Of a stretch of 64,000 nucleotides of DNA, positions 1 through 11,540 are shown in pieces (position 1 is the stretch's first letter; every line of letters starts with the position of its first letter). The position numbers were made by a program, and so were the translations under genes. The DNA lies in the NCBI RefSeq assembly GCF_009914755.1, contig NC_060929.1, one strand, 5' to 3'. Origin of the DNA: the human T2T-CHM13v2.0 reference genome, Homo sapiens. The notes beneath the pieces are model-generated. The model searched no databases, was not told where the DNA came from, and worked only from the letters and a program-made list of their open reading frames with translations.

Positions 1-228
1 GATTTGAAACACTCTTTTTGTGGAATTTGCAAGTGGAGATTTCAAGCGCTTTGAGGCCAAAGGCAGAAAAGGAAATATCTTCGTATAAAAACTAGACAGA
101 ATCATTCTCAGAAACTGCTCTGCGATGTGTGCGTTCAACTCTCAGAGTTTAACTTTTCTTTTCATTCAGCAGTTTGGAAACACTCTGTTTGTAAAGTCTG
201 CACGTGGATATTTTGACCACTTAGAGGC

Positions 229-245
229 CTTCGTTGGAAACGGGT
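229..245 (+). promoter_or_regulatory. CENP-B box (first of ~188, one per dimer), CTTCGTTGGAAACGGGT
   Basis: Retains all essential positions of nTTCGnnnnAnnCGGGn and recurs every ~340 bp. Confidence 0.95.
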
Positions 246-302
246 TTTTTTCCTGTAAGGCTAGACAGAAGAATTCCCAGTAACTTCCTTGTGTTGTGTA
301 CA

Positions 303-321
303 TTCAACTCACAGAGTTGAA
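303..321. repeat. Short dyad symmetry TTCAACTC-ACA-GAGTTGAA (one per dimer in most dimers)
   Basis: Perfect 8-bp inverted repeat with a 3-nt loop; 9 bp (GTTCAACTC/GAGTTGAAC) in W-type dimers, e.g. 1321-1341. Confidence 0.85.
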
Positions 322-567
322 CGTTCCCTTAGACAGAGCAGATTTGAAACACTCTTTTTGTGCAATTGGCAAGTGGAGATTTCAAGCGCTTTAAGGTCAA
401 TGGCAGAAAAGGAAATATCTTCGTTTCAAAACTAGACAGAATCATTCCCACAAACTGCGTTGTGATGTGTTCGTTCATCTCACAGAGTTTAACCTTTCTT
501 TTCATAGAGCAGTTAGGAAACACTCTGTTTGTAAATTCTGTAAGTGGATATTCTGACATCTTGTGGC

Positions 568-584
568 CTTCGTTGGAAACGGGA
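568..584 (+). promoter_or_regulatory. CENP-B box, full consensus form CTTCGTTGGAAACGGGA (X- and Y-type dimers)
   Basis: Exact match to YTTCGTTGGAARCGGGA. Confidence 0.96.
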
Positions 585-736
585 TTTCTTCATATTCTGC
601 TAGACAGAAGAATTCTCAGAATCTTCCTTGTGTTGTGTGTATTCAACTCACACAGTTGAACGATGGTTTACACAGAGCAGATTTGAAACACTCTTTTTGT
701 GGAATTTGCAAGTGGAGATTTCAGCCGCTTTGAGGT

Positions 737-753
737 CAATGGTAGAAAAGGAA
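737..753 (-). promoter_or_regulatory. pJalpha-like box of the A-type monomer (example; one per dimer)
   Basis: CAATGGTAGAAAAGGAA sits at the position homologous to the CENP-B box in the alternate monomer. It has 2 mismatches to the reverse complement of the pJalpha consensus (CTAYGGTGRAAAAGGAA). Confidence 0.7.
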
Positions 754-3726
754 ATATCTTCATATAAAAACTAGACAGAATGATTCTCAGAAACTTCTTT
801 GTGATGTGTGCGTTCAACTCACAGAGTTTAACCTTTCTTTTCATAGAGCAGTTAGGAAACACTCTGTTTGTAAACTCTGCAAGTGGATATTCAGACCTCT
901 GTGAGGCCTTCGTTGGAAACGGGATTTCTTCATACTGTGCTAGACAGAAGAATTCTCAGTAACTTCCTTGTGTTGTGTGTATTCAACTCACAGAGTTGAA
1001 CGATCCTTTACACAGAGCAGACTTGAAACACTCTTTTTGTGGAATTTGCAAGTGGAGATTTCAGCCGCGTTGAGGTCAATGGTAGAAAAGGAAATATCTT
1101 CGTATAAAAACTAGACAGAATGATTCTCAGAAACTCCTTTGAGATGTGTGTGTTCAACTCACAGAGTTTAACCTTTCTTTTCATAGAGCAGTTAGGAATC
1201 ACTCTGTTTGTAAAGTCTGCAAGTGGATATTCAGACCTCTTTGAGGCCTTCGTTGGAAACGGGTTTTTTTCATATAAGGCTAGACAGAAGAATTCCCAGT
1301 AACTTCCTTGTGTTGTGTGTGTTCAACTCACAGAGTTGAACTTTCATTTACACAGAGCAGATTTGAAACACTCTTTTTGTGGAATTTGCAAATGGAGATT
1401 TCAAGCGCTTTGGGGCCAAAGGCAGAAAAGGAAATATCTTCGTATAAAAACTAGACAGAATCATTCTCAGAAACTGCTCTGCGATGTGTGCGTTCAACTC
1501 TCAGAGTTTAACTTTTCTTTTCATTCAGCAGTTTGGAAACACTCTGTTTGTAAAGTCTGCACGTGGATAATTTGACCACTTAGAGGCCTTCGTTGGAAAC
1601 GGGTTTTTTTCATGTAAGGCTAGACAGAAGAATTCTCAGTAACTTCCTTGTGTTGTGTGTATTCAACTCACACAGTTGAACGATCCTTTACACAGAGCAG
1701 ACTTGTAACACTCTTTTTGTGGAATTTGCAAGTGGAGATTTCAGCCGCTTTGAAGTCAAATGTAGAAAAGGAAATATCTTCCTATAAAAACTAGACAGAA
1801 TGATTCTCAGAAACTCCTTTGTGATGTGTGCGTTCAACTCACAGAGTTTAACCTTTCTTTTCATAGAGCAGTTAGGAAACACTCTGTTTGTAAAGTCTGC
1901 AAGTGGATATTCAGACCTCTTTGAGGCCTTCGTTGGAAACGGGTTTTTTTCATATAAGGCTAGACAGAAGAATTCCCAGTAACTTCCTTGTGTTGTGTGT
2001 GTTCAACTCACAGAGTTGAACTTTCATTTACACAGAGCAGATTTGAAACACTCTTTTTGTGGAATTTGCAAGTGGAGATTTCAAGCGCTTTGAGGCCAAA
2101 GGCAGAAAAGGAAATATCTTCGTATAAAAACTAGACAGAATCATTCTCAGAAACTGCTCTGTGATGTGTGCGTTCAACTCTCAGAGTTTAACTTTTCTTT
2201 TCATTCAGCAGTTTGGAAACACTCTGTTTGTAAAGTCTGCACGTGGATAATTTGACCACTTAGAGGCCTTCGTTGGAAACGGGTTTTTTTCATGTAAGGC
2301 TAGACAGAAGAGTTCTCAGTAACTTCCTTGTGTTGTGTGTATTCAACTCACACAGTTGAACGATCCTTTACACAGAGCAGACTTGTAACACTCTTTTTGT
2401 GGAATTTGCAAGTGGAGATTTCAGCCGCTTTGAAGTCAAAGTAGAAAAGGAAATATCTTCCTATAAAAACTAGACAGAATGATTCTCAGAAACTCCTTTG
2501 TGATGTGTGCGTTCAACTCACAGAGTTTAACCTTTCTTTTCATAGAGCAGTTAGGAAACACTCTGTTTGTAAAGTCTGCAAGTGGATATTCAGACCTCTT
2601 TGAGGCCTTCGTTGGAAACGGGTTTTTTTCATATAAGGCTAGACAGAAGAATTCCCAGTAACTTCCTTGTGTTGTGTGTGTTCAACTCACAGAGTTGAAC
2701 TTTCATTTACACAGAGCAGATTTGAAACACTCTTTTTGTGGAATTTGCAGGTGGAGATTTCAAGCGCTTTGAGGCCAAAGGCAGAAAAGGAAATATCTTC
2801 GTATAAAAACTAGACAGAATCATTCTCAGAAACTGCTCTGCGATGTGTGCGTTCAACTCTCAGAGTTTAACTTTTCTTTTCATTCAGCAGTTTGGAAACA
2901 CTCTGTTTGTAAAGTCTGCACGTGGATAACTTGACCACTTAGAGGCCTTCGTTGGAAACGGGTTTTTTTCATGTAAGGCTAGACAGAAGAATTCTCAGTA
3001 ACTTCCTTGTGTTGTGTGTATTCAACTCACAGAGTTGAACGATCCTTTACACAGAGCAGACTTGTAACACTCTTTTTGTGGAATTTGCAAGTGGAGATTT
3101 CAGCCGCTTTGAAGTCAAAGGTAGAAAAGGAAATATCTTCCTATAAAAACTAGACAGAATGATTCTCAGAAACTCCTTTGTGATGTGTGTGTTCAACTCA
3201 CAGAGTTTAACCTTTCTTTTCATAGAGCAGTTAGGAATCACACTGTTTGTAAAGTCTGCAAGTGGATATTCAGACCTCTTTGAGGCCTTCGTTGGAAACG
3301 GGTTTTTTTCATATAAGGCTAGACAGAAGAATTCCCAGTAACTTCCTTGTGTTGTGTGTGTTCAACTCACAGAGTTGAACTTTCATTTACACAGAGCAGA
3401 TTTGAAACACTCTTTTTGTGGAATTTGCAAGTGGAGATTTCAAGCGCTTTGAGGCCAAAGGCAGAAAAGGAAATATCTTCGTATAAAAACTAGACAGAAT
3501 CATTCTCAGAAACTGCTCTGTGATGTGTGCGTTCAACTCTCAGAGTTTAACTTTTCTTTTCATTCAGCAGTTTGGAAACACTCTGTTTGTAAAGTCTGCA
3601 CGTGGATATTTTGACCACTTAGAGGCCTTCGTTGGAAACGGGTTTTTTTCCTGTAAGGCTAGACAGAAGAATTCCCAGTAACTTCCTTGTGTTGTGTACA
3701 TTCAACTCACAGAGTTGAACGTTCCC

Positions 3727-6445
3727 TTAGACAGAGCAGATTTGAAACACTCTTTTTGTGCAATTGGCAAGTGGAGATTTCAAGCGCTTTAAGGTCAATG
3801 GCAGAAAAGGAAATATCTTCGTTTCAAAACTAGACAGAATCATTCCCACAAACTGCGTTGTGATGTGTTCGTTCATCTCACAGAGTTTAACCTTTCTTTT
3901 CTTAGAGCAGTTAGGAAACACTCTGTTTGTAAATTCTGTAAGTGGATATTCTGACATCTTGTGGCCTTCGTTGGAAACGGGATTTCTTCATATTCTGCTA
4001 GACAGAAGAATTCTCAGAATCTTCCTTGTGTTGTGTGTATTCAACTCACACAGTTGAACGATGGTTTACACAGAGCAGATTTGAAACACTCTTTTTGTGG
4101 AATTTGCAAGTGGAGATTTCAGCCGCTTTGAGGTCAATGGTAGAAAAGGAAATATCTTCGTATAAAAACTAGACAGAATGATTCTCAGAAACTTCTTTGT
4201 GATGTGTGCGTTCAACTCACAGAGTTTAACCTTTCTTTTCATAGAGCAGTTAGGAAACACTCTGTTTGTAAACTCTGCAAGTGGATATTCAGACCTCTGT
4301 GAGGCCTTCGTTGGAAACGGGATTTCTTCATACTGTGCTAGACAGAAGAATTCTCAGTAACTTCCTTGTGTTGTGTGTATTCAACTCACAGAGTTGAACG
4401 ATCCTTTACACAGAGCAGACTTGAAACACTCTTTTTGTGGAATTTGCAAGTGGAGATTTCAGCCGCGTTGAGGTCAATGGTAGAAAAGGAAATATCTTCG
4501 TATAAAAACTAGACAGAATGATTCTCAGAAACTCCTTTGAGATGTGTGTGTTCAACTCACAGAGTTTAACCTTTCTTTTCATAGAGCAGTTAGGAATCAC
4601 TCTGTTTGTAAAGTCTGCAAGTGGATATTCAGACCTCTTTGAGGCTTTCGTTGGAAACGGGTTTTTTTCATATAAGGCTAGAGAGAAGAATTCCCAGTAA
4701 CTTCCTTGTGTTGTGTGTGTTCAACTCACAGAGTTGAACTTTCATTTACACAGAGCAGATTTGAAACACTCTTTTTGTGGAATTTGCAAGTGGAGATTTC
4801 AAGCGCTGTGAGGCCAAAGGCAGAAAAGGAAATATCTTCGTATAAAAACTAGACAGAATCATTCTCAGAAACTGCTCTGCGATGTGTGCGTTCAACTCTC
4901 AGAGTTTAACTTTTCTTTTCATTCAGTAGTTTGGAAACACTCTGTTTGTAAAGTCTGCACGTGGATAATTTGACCACTTAGAGGCCTTCGTTGGAAACGG
5001 GTTTTTTTCATGTAAGGCTAGACAGAAGAATTCTCAGTAACTTCCTTGTGTTGTGTGTATTCAACTCACAGAGTTGAACGATCCTTTACACAGAGCAGAC
5101 TTGTAACACTCTTTTTGTGGAATTTGCAAGTGGAGATTTCAGCCGCTTTGAAGTCAAATGTAGAAAAGGAAATATCTTCCTATAAAAACTAGACAGAATG
5201 ATTCTCAGAAACTCCTTTGTGATGTGTGCGTTCAACTCACAGAGTTTAACCTTTCTTTTCATAGAGCAGTTAGGAAACACTCTGTTTGTAAAGTCTGCAA
5301 GTGGATATTCAGACCTCTTTGAGGCCTTCGTTGGAAACGGGTTTTTTTTCATATAAGGCTAGACAGAAGAATTCCCAGTAACTTCCTTGTGTTGTGTGTG
5401 TTCAACTCACAGAGTTGAACTTTCATTTACACAGAGCAGATTTGAAACACTCTTTTTGTGGAATTTGCAGGTGGAGATTTCAAGCGCTTTGAGGCCAAAG
5501 GCAGAAAAGGAAATATCTTCGTATAAAAACTAGACAGAATCATTCTCAGAAACTGCTCTGCGATGTGTGCGTTCAACTCTCAGAGTTTAACTTTGCTTTT
5601 CATTCAGCAGTTTGGAAACACTCTGTTTGTAAAGTCTGCACGTGGATAATTTGACCACTTAGAGGCCTTCGTTGGAAACGGGTTTTTTTCATGTAAGGCT
5701 AGACAGAAGAATTCTCAGTAACTTCCTTGTGTTGTGTGTATTCAACTCACACAGTTGAACGATCCTTTACACAGAGCAGACTTGTAACACTCTTTTTGTG
5801 GAATTTGCAAGTGGAGATTTCAGCCGCTTTGAAGTCAAATGTAGAAAAGGAAATATCTTCCTATAAAAACTAGACAGAATGATTCTCAGAAACTCCTTTG
5901 TGATGTGTGCGTTCAACTCACAGAGTTTAACCTTTCTTTTCATAGAGCAGTTAGGAAACACTCTGTTTGTAAAGTCTGCAAGTGGATATTCAGACCTCTT
6001 TGAGGCCTTCGTTGGAAACGGGTTTTTTCATATAAGGCTAGACAGAAGAATTCCCAGTAACTTCCTTGTGTTGTGTGTGTTCAACTCACAGAGTTGAACT
6101 TTCATTTACACAGAGCAGATTTGAAACACTCTTTTTGTGGAATTTGCAAGTGGAGATTTCAAGCGCTTTGAGGCCAAAGGCAGAAAAGGAAATATCTTCG
6201 TATAAAAACTAGACAGAATCATTCTCAGAAACTGCTCTGCGATGTGTGCGTTCAACTCTCAGAGTTTAACTTTTCTTTTCATTCAGCAGTTTGGAAACAC
6301 TCTGTTTGTAAAGTCTGCACGTGGATATTTTGACCACTTAGAGGCCTTCGTTGGAAACGGGTTTTTTTCCTGTAAGGCTAGACAGAAGAATTCCCAGTAA
6401 CTTCCTTGTGTTGTGTACATTCAACTCACAGAGTTGAACGTTCCC
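3727..6445 (+). repeat. 16-monomer HOR variant (X-Y-Z-W-V-W-V-W), 2719 bp
   Basis: X-to-X spacing of 2719 bp = 8 dimers. Confidence 0.85.
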
Positions 6446-8144
6446 TTAGACAGAGCAGATTTGAAACATTCTTTTTGTGCAATTGGCAAGTGGAGATTTC
6501 AAGCGCTTTAAGGTCAATGGCAGAAAAGGAAATATCTTCGTTTCAAAACTAGACAGAATCATTCCCACAAACTGCGTTGTGATGTGTTCGTTCATCTCAC
6601 AGAGTTTAACCTTTCTTTTCATAGAGCAGTTAGGAAACACTCTGTTTGTAAATTCTGTAAGTGGATATTCTGACATCTTGTGGCCTTCGTTGGAAACGGG
6701 ATTTCTTCATATTCTGCTAGACAGAAGAATTCTCAGAATCTTCCTTGTGTTGTGTGTATTCAACTCACAGAGATGAAAGATGGTTTACACAGAGCAGATT
6801 TGAAACACTCTTTTTGTGGAATTTGCAAGTGGAGATTTCAGCCGCTTTGAGGTCAATGGTAGAAAAGGAAATATCTTCCTATAAAAACTAGACAGAATGA
6901 TTCTCAGAAACTCCTTTGTGATGTGTGCGTTCAACTCACAGAGTTTAACCTTTCTTTTCATAGAGCAGTTAGGAAACACTCTGTTTGTAAAGTCTGCAAG
7001 TGGATATTCAGACCTCTTTGAGGCCTTCGTTGGAAACGGGTTTTTTTCATATAAGGCTAGACAGAAGAATTCCCAGTAACTTCCTTGTGTTGTGTGTGTT
7101 CAACTCACAGAGTTGAACTTTCATTTACACAGAGCAGATTTGAAACACTCTTTTTGTGGAATTTGCAGGTGGAGATTTCAAGCGCTTTGAGGCCAAAGGC
7201 AGAAAAGGAAATATCTTCGTATAAAAACTAGACAGAATCATTCTCAGAAACTGCTCTGCGATGTGTGCGTTCAACTCTCAGAGTTTAACTTTTCTTTTCA
7301 TTCAGCAGTTTGGAAACACTCTGTTTGTAAAGTCTGCACGTGGATAATTTGACCACTTAGAGGCCTTCGTTGGAAACGGGTTTTTTTCATGTAAGGCTAG
7401 ACAGAAGAATTCTCAGTAACTTCCTTGTGTTGTGTGTATTCAACTCACAGAGTTGAACGATCCTTTACACAGAGCAGACTTGTAACACTCTTTTTGTGGA
7501 ATTTGCAAGTGGAGATTTCAGCCGCTTTGAAGTCAAAGGTAGAAAAGGAAATATCTTCCTATAAAAACTAGACAGAATGATTCTCAGAAACTCCTTTGTG
7601 ATGTGTGCGTTCAACTCACAGAGTTTAACCTTTCTTTTCATAGAGCAGTTAGGAAACACTCTGCTTGTAAAGTCTGCAAGTGGATATTCAGCCCTCTTTG
7701 AGGCCTTCGTTGGAAACGGGTTTTTTTCATATAAGGCTAGACAGAAGAATTCCCAGTAACTTCCTTGTGTTGTGTGTGTTCAACTCACAGAGTTGAACTT
7801 TGATTTACACAGAGCAGATTTGAAACACTCTTTTTGTGGAATTTGCAAGTGGAGATTTCAAGCGCTTTGAGGCCAAAGGCAGAAAAGGAAATATCTTCGT
7901 ATAAAAACTAGACAGAATCATTCTCAGAAACTAATCTGCGATGTGTGCGTTCAACTCTCAGAGTTTAACTTTTCTTTTCATTCAGCAGTTTGGAAACACT
8001 CTGTTTGTAAAGTCTGCACGTGGATATTTTGACCACTTAGAGGCCTTCGTTGGAAACGGGTTTTTTTCCTGTAAGGCTAGACAAAAGAATTCCCAGTAAC
8101 TTCCTTGTGTTGTGTACATTCAACTCACAGAGTTGAACGTTCCC
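6446..8144 (+). repeat. 10-monomer HOR variant type A (X-Y/V hybrid-W-V-W), 1699 bp
   Basis: X-to-X spacing 1699 bp. The second dimer starts Y-like (GATGGTTTAC, GAGGTCAATGG) and ends V-like (CCTATA, GGGTTTTTTTCATATAAGG). The same type starts at 13580, 16976, 31229 and 43112. Confidence 0.8.
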
Positions 8145-11100
8145 TTAGACAGAGCAGATTTGAAACACTCTTTTTGTGCAATTGGCAAGTGGAGATTTCA
8201 AGCGCTTTAAGGTCAATGGCAGAAAAGGAAATATCTTCGTTTCAAAACTAGACAGAATCATTCCCACAAACTGCGTTGTGATGTGTTCGTTCATCTCACA
8301 GAGTTTAACCTTTCTTTTCATAGAGCAGTTAGGAAACACTCTGTTTGTAAATTCTGTAAGTGGATATTCTGACATCTTGTGGCCTTCGTTGGAAACGGGA
8401 TTTCTTCATATTCTGCTAGACAGAAGAATTCTCAGAATCTTCCTTGTGTTGTGTGTATTCAACTCACAGAGTTGAAGGATGGTTTACACAGAGCAGATTT
8501 GAAACACTCTTTTTGTGGAATTTGCAAGTGGAGATTTCAGCCGCTTTGAGGTCAATGGTAGAAAAGGAAATATCTTCGTATGAAAACTAGACAGAATGAT
8601 TCTCAGAAACTCCTTTGTGATGTGTGCGTTCAACTCACAGAGTTTAACCTTTCTTTTCATAGAGCAGTTAGGAAACACTCTGTTTGTAAACTCTGCAAGT
8701 GGATATTCAGACCTCTTTGAGGCCTTCGTTGGAAACGGGATTTCTTCATACTGTGCTAGACAGAAGAATTCTCAGTAACTTCCTTGTGTTGTGTGTATTC
8801 AACTCACAGAGTTGAACGATCCTTTACACAGAGCAGACTTGGAACACTCTTTTTGTGGAATTTGCAAGTGGAGATTTCAGCCGCGTTGAGGTCAATGGTA
8901 GAAAAGGAAATATCTTCGTATAAAAACTAGACAGAATGATTCTCAGAAACTCCTTTGAGATGTGTGTGTTCAACTCACAGTTTAACCTTTCTTTTCATAG
9001 AGCAGTTAGGAATCACTCTGTTTGTAAAGTCTGCAAGTGGATATTCAGACCTCATTGAGGCCTTCGTTGGAAACGGGTTTTTTTCATATAAGGCTAGACA
9101 GAAGAATTCCCAGTAACTTCCTTGTGTTGTGTGTGTTCAACTCACAGAGTTGAACTTTCATTTACACAGAGCAGATTTGAAACACTCTTTTTGTGGAATT
9201 TGCAAGTGGAGATTTCAAGCGCTTTGAGGCCAAAGGTAGAAAAGGAAATATCTTCGTATAAAAACTAGACAGAATCATTCTCAGAAACTGCTCTGCGATG
9301 TGTGCGTTCAACTCTCAGAGTTTAACTTTTCTTTTCATTCAGCAGTTTGGAAACACTCTGTTTGTAAAGTCTGCACGTGGATAATTTGACCACTTAGAGG
9401 CCTTCGTTGGAAACGGGTTTTTTTCATGTAAGGCTAGACAGAAGAATTCTCAGTAACTTCCTTGTGTTGTGTGTATTCAACTCACAGAGTTGAACGATCC
9501 TTTACACAGAGCAGACTTGTAACACTCTTTTTGTGGAATTTGCAAGTGGAGATTTCAGCCGCTTTGAAGTCAAATGTAGAAAAGGTAATATCTTCCTATA
9601 AAAACTAGACAGAATGATTCTCAGAAACTCCTTTGTGATGTGTGCGTTCAACTCACAGAGTTTAACCTTTCTTTTCATAGAGCAGTTAGGAAACACTCTG
9701 TTTGTAAAGTCTGCAAGTGGATATTCAGACCTCTTTGAGGCCTTCGTTGGAAACGGGTTTTTTTCATATAAGGCTAGACAGAAGAATTCCCAGTAACTTC
9801 CTTGTGTTGTGTGTGTTCAACTCACAGAGTTGAACTTTCATTTACACAGAGCAGATTTGAAACACTCTTTTTGTGGAATTTGCAAGTGGAGATTTCAAGC
9901 GCTTTGAGGCCAAAGGCAGAAAAGGAAATATCTTCGTATAAAAACTAGACAGAATCATTCTCAGAAACTGCTCTGCGATGTGTGCGTTCAACTCTCAGAG
10001 TTTAACTTTTCTTTTCATTCAGCAGTTTGGAAACACTCTGTTTGTAAAGTCTGCACGTGGATAATTTGACCACTTAGAGGCCTTCGTTGGAAACGGGTTT
10101 TTTTCATGTAAGGCTAGACAGAAGAGTTCTCAGTAACTTCCTTGTGTTGTGTGTATTCATCTCACACAGTTGAACGATCCTTTACAGAGAGCAGACTTGT
10201 AACACTCTTTTTGTGGAATTTGCAAGTGGAGATTTCAGCCGCTTTGAAGTCAAAGTAGAAAAGGAAGTATCTTCCTATAAAAACTAGACAGAATGATTCT
10301 CAGAAACTCCTTTGTGATGTGTGCGTTCAACTCACAGAGTTTAACCTTTCTTTTCATAGAGCAGTTAGGAAACACTCTGTTTGTAAAGTCTGCAAGTAGA
10401 TATTCAGACCTCTTTGAGGCCTTCGTTGGAAACGGGTTTTTTTCATATAAGGCTAGACAGAAGAATTCCCAGTAACTTCCTTGTGTTGTGTGTGTTCAAC
10501 TCACAGAGTTGAACTTTCATTTACACAGAGCAGATTTGAAACACTCTTTTTGTGGAATTTGCAGGTGGAGATTTCAAGCGCTTTGAGGCCAAAGGCAGAA
10601 AAAGAAATATCTTCGTATAAAAACTAGACAGAATCATTCTCAGAAACTGCTCTGCGATGTGTGCGTTCAACTCTCAGAGTTTAACTTTTCTTTTCATTCA
10701 GCAGTTTGGAAACACTCTGTTTGTAAAGTCTGCACGTGGATAATTTGACCACTTAGAGGCCTTCGTTGGAAACGGGTTTTTTTCATGTAAGGCTAGACAG
10801 AAGAATTCTCAGTAACTTCCTTGTGTTGTGTGTATTCAACTCACAGAGTTGAACGATCCTTTACACAGAGCAGACTTGTAACACTCTTTTTGTGGAATTT
10901 GCAAGTGGAGATTTCAGCCGCTTTGAAGTCAAAGGTAGAAAAGGAAATATCTTCCTATAAAAACTAGACAGAATGATTCTCAGAAACTCCTTTGTGATGT
11001 GTGCGTTCAACTCACAGAGTTTAACCTTTCTTTTCATAGAGCAGTTAGGAAACACTCTGCTTGTAAAGTCTGCAAGTGGATATTCAGCCCTCTTTGAGGC

Positions 11101-11540
11101 CTTCGTTGGAAACGGGTTTTTTTCATATAAGGCTAGACAGAAGAATTCCCAGTAACTTCCTTGTGTTGTGTGTGTTCAACTCACAGAGTTGAACTTTGAT
11201 TTACACAGAGCAGATTTGAAACACTCTTTTTGTGGAATTTGCAAGTGGAGATTTCAAGCGCTTTGAGGCCAAAGGCAGAAAAGGAAATATCTTCGTATAA
11301 AAACTAGACAGAATCATTCTCAGAAACTGCTCTGCGATGTGTGCGTTCAACTCTCAGAGTTTAACTTTTCTTTTCATTCAGCAGTTTGGAAACACTCTGT
11401 TTGTAAAGTCTGCACGTGGATATTTTGACCACTTAGAGGCCTTCGTTGGAAACGGGTTTTTTTCCTGTAAGGCTAGACAGAAGAATTCCCAGTAACTTCC
11501 TTGTGTTGTGTACATTCAACTCACAGAGTTGAACGTTCCC
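8145..11540 (+). repeat. 20-monomer HOR variant, 3396 bp
   Basis: X-to-X spacing 3396 bp, with a 2-bp deletion near 8980 and a 1-bp deletion near 10255. Confidence 0.85.

Larger units (their letters stand above)
329..3726 (+). repeat. 20-monomer HOR variant (10 dimers: X-Y-Z-W-V-W-V-W-V/Z-W), 3398 bp
   Basis: Spacing between successive X marker dimers (TGTGCAATTGGC / CATTCCCACAAACTGCG) is 329 to 3727. Boundaries use an arbitrary phase set at the X-dimer ORF. Confidence 0.85.

Noticed and set aside
201-206. E-box CACGTG in every W dimer (resembles yeast CDEI / bHLH site)
   Set aside because: It is a 6-bp motif produced by a single A>C change from CAAGTG and amplified with the repeat. It lacks the RTCACRTG context and there is no evidence of function.
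245-251. T7 runs as RNA polymerase III or intrinsic terminators
   Set aside because: There is no associated promoter or transcript structure; these are ordinary features of this satellite.
5342-6028. Singleton T-run length changes after CENP-B boxes (T8 at 5342, T6 at 6023, 19608, 32844) and a 1-bp A loss near 40833
   Set aside because: Isolated homopolymer indels cannot be distinguished from long-read sequencing error.
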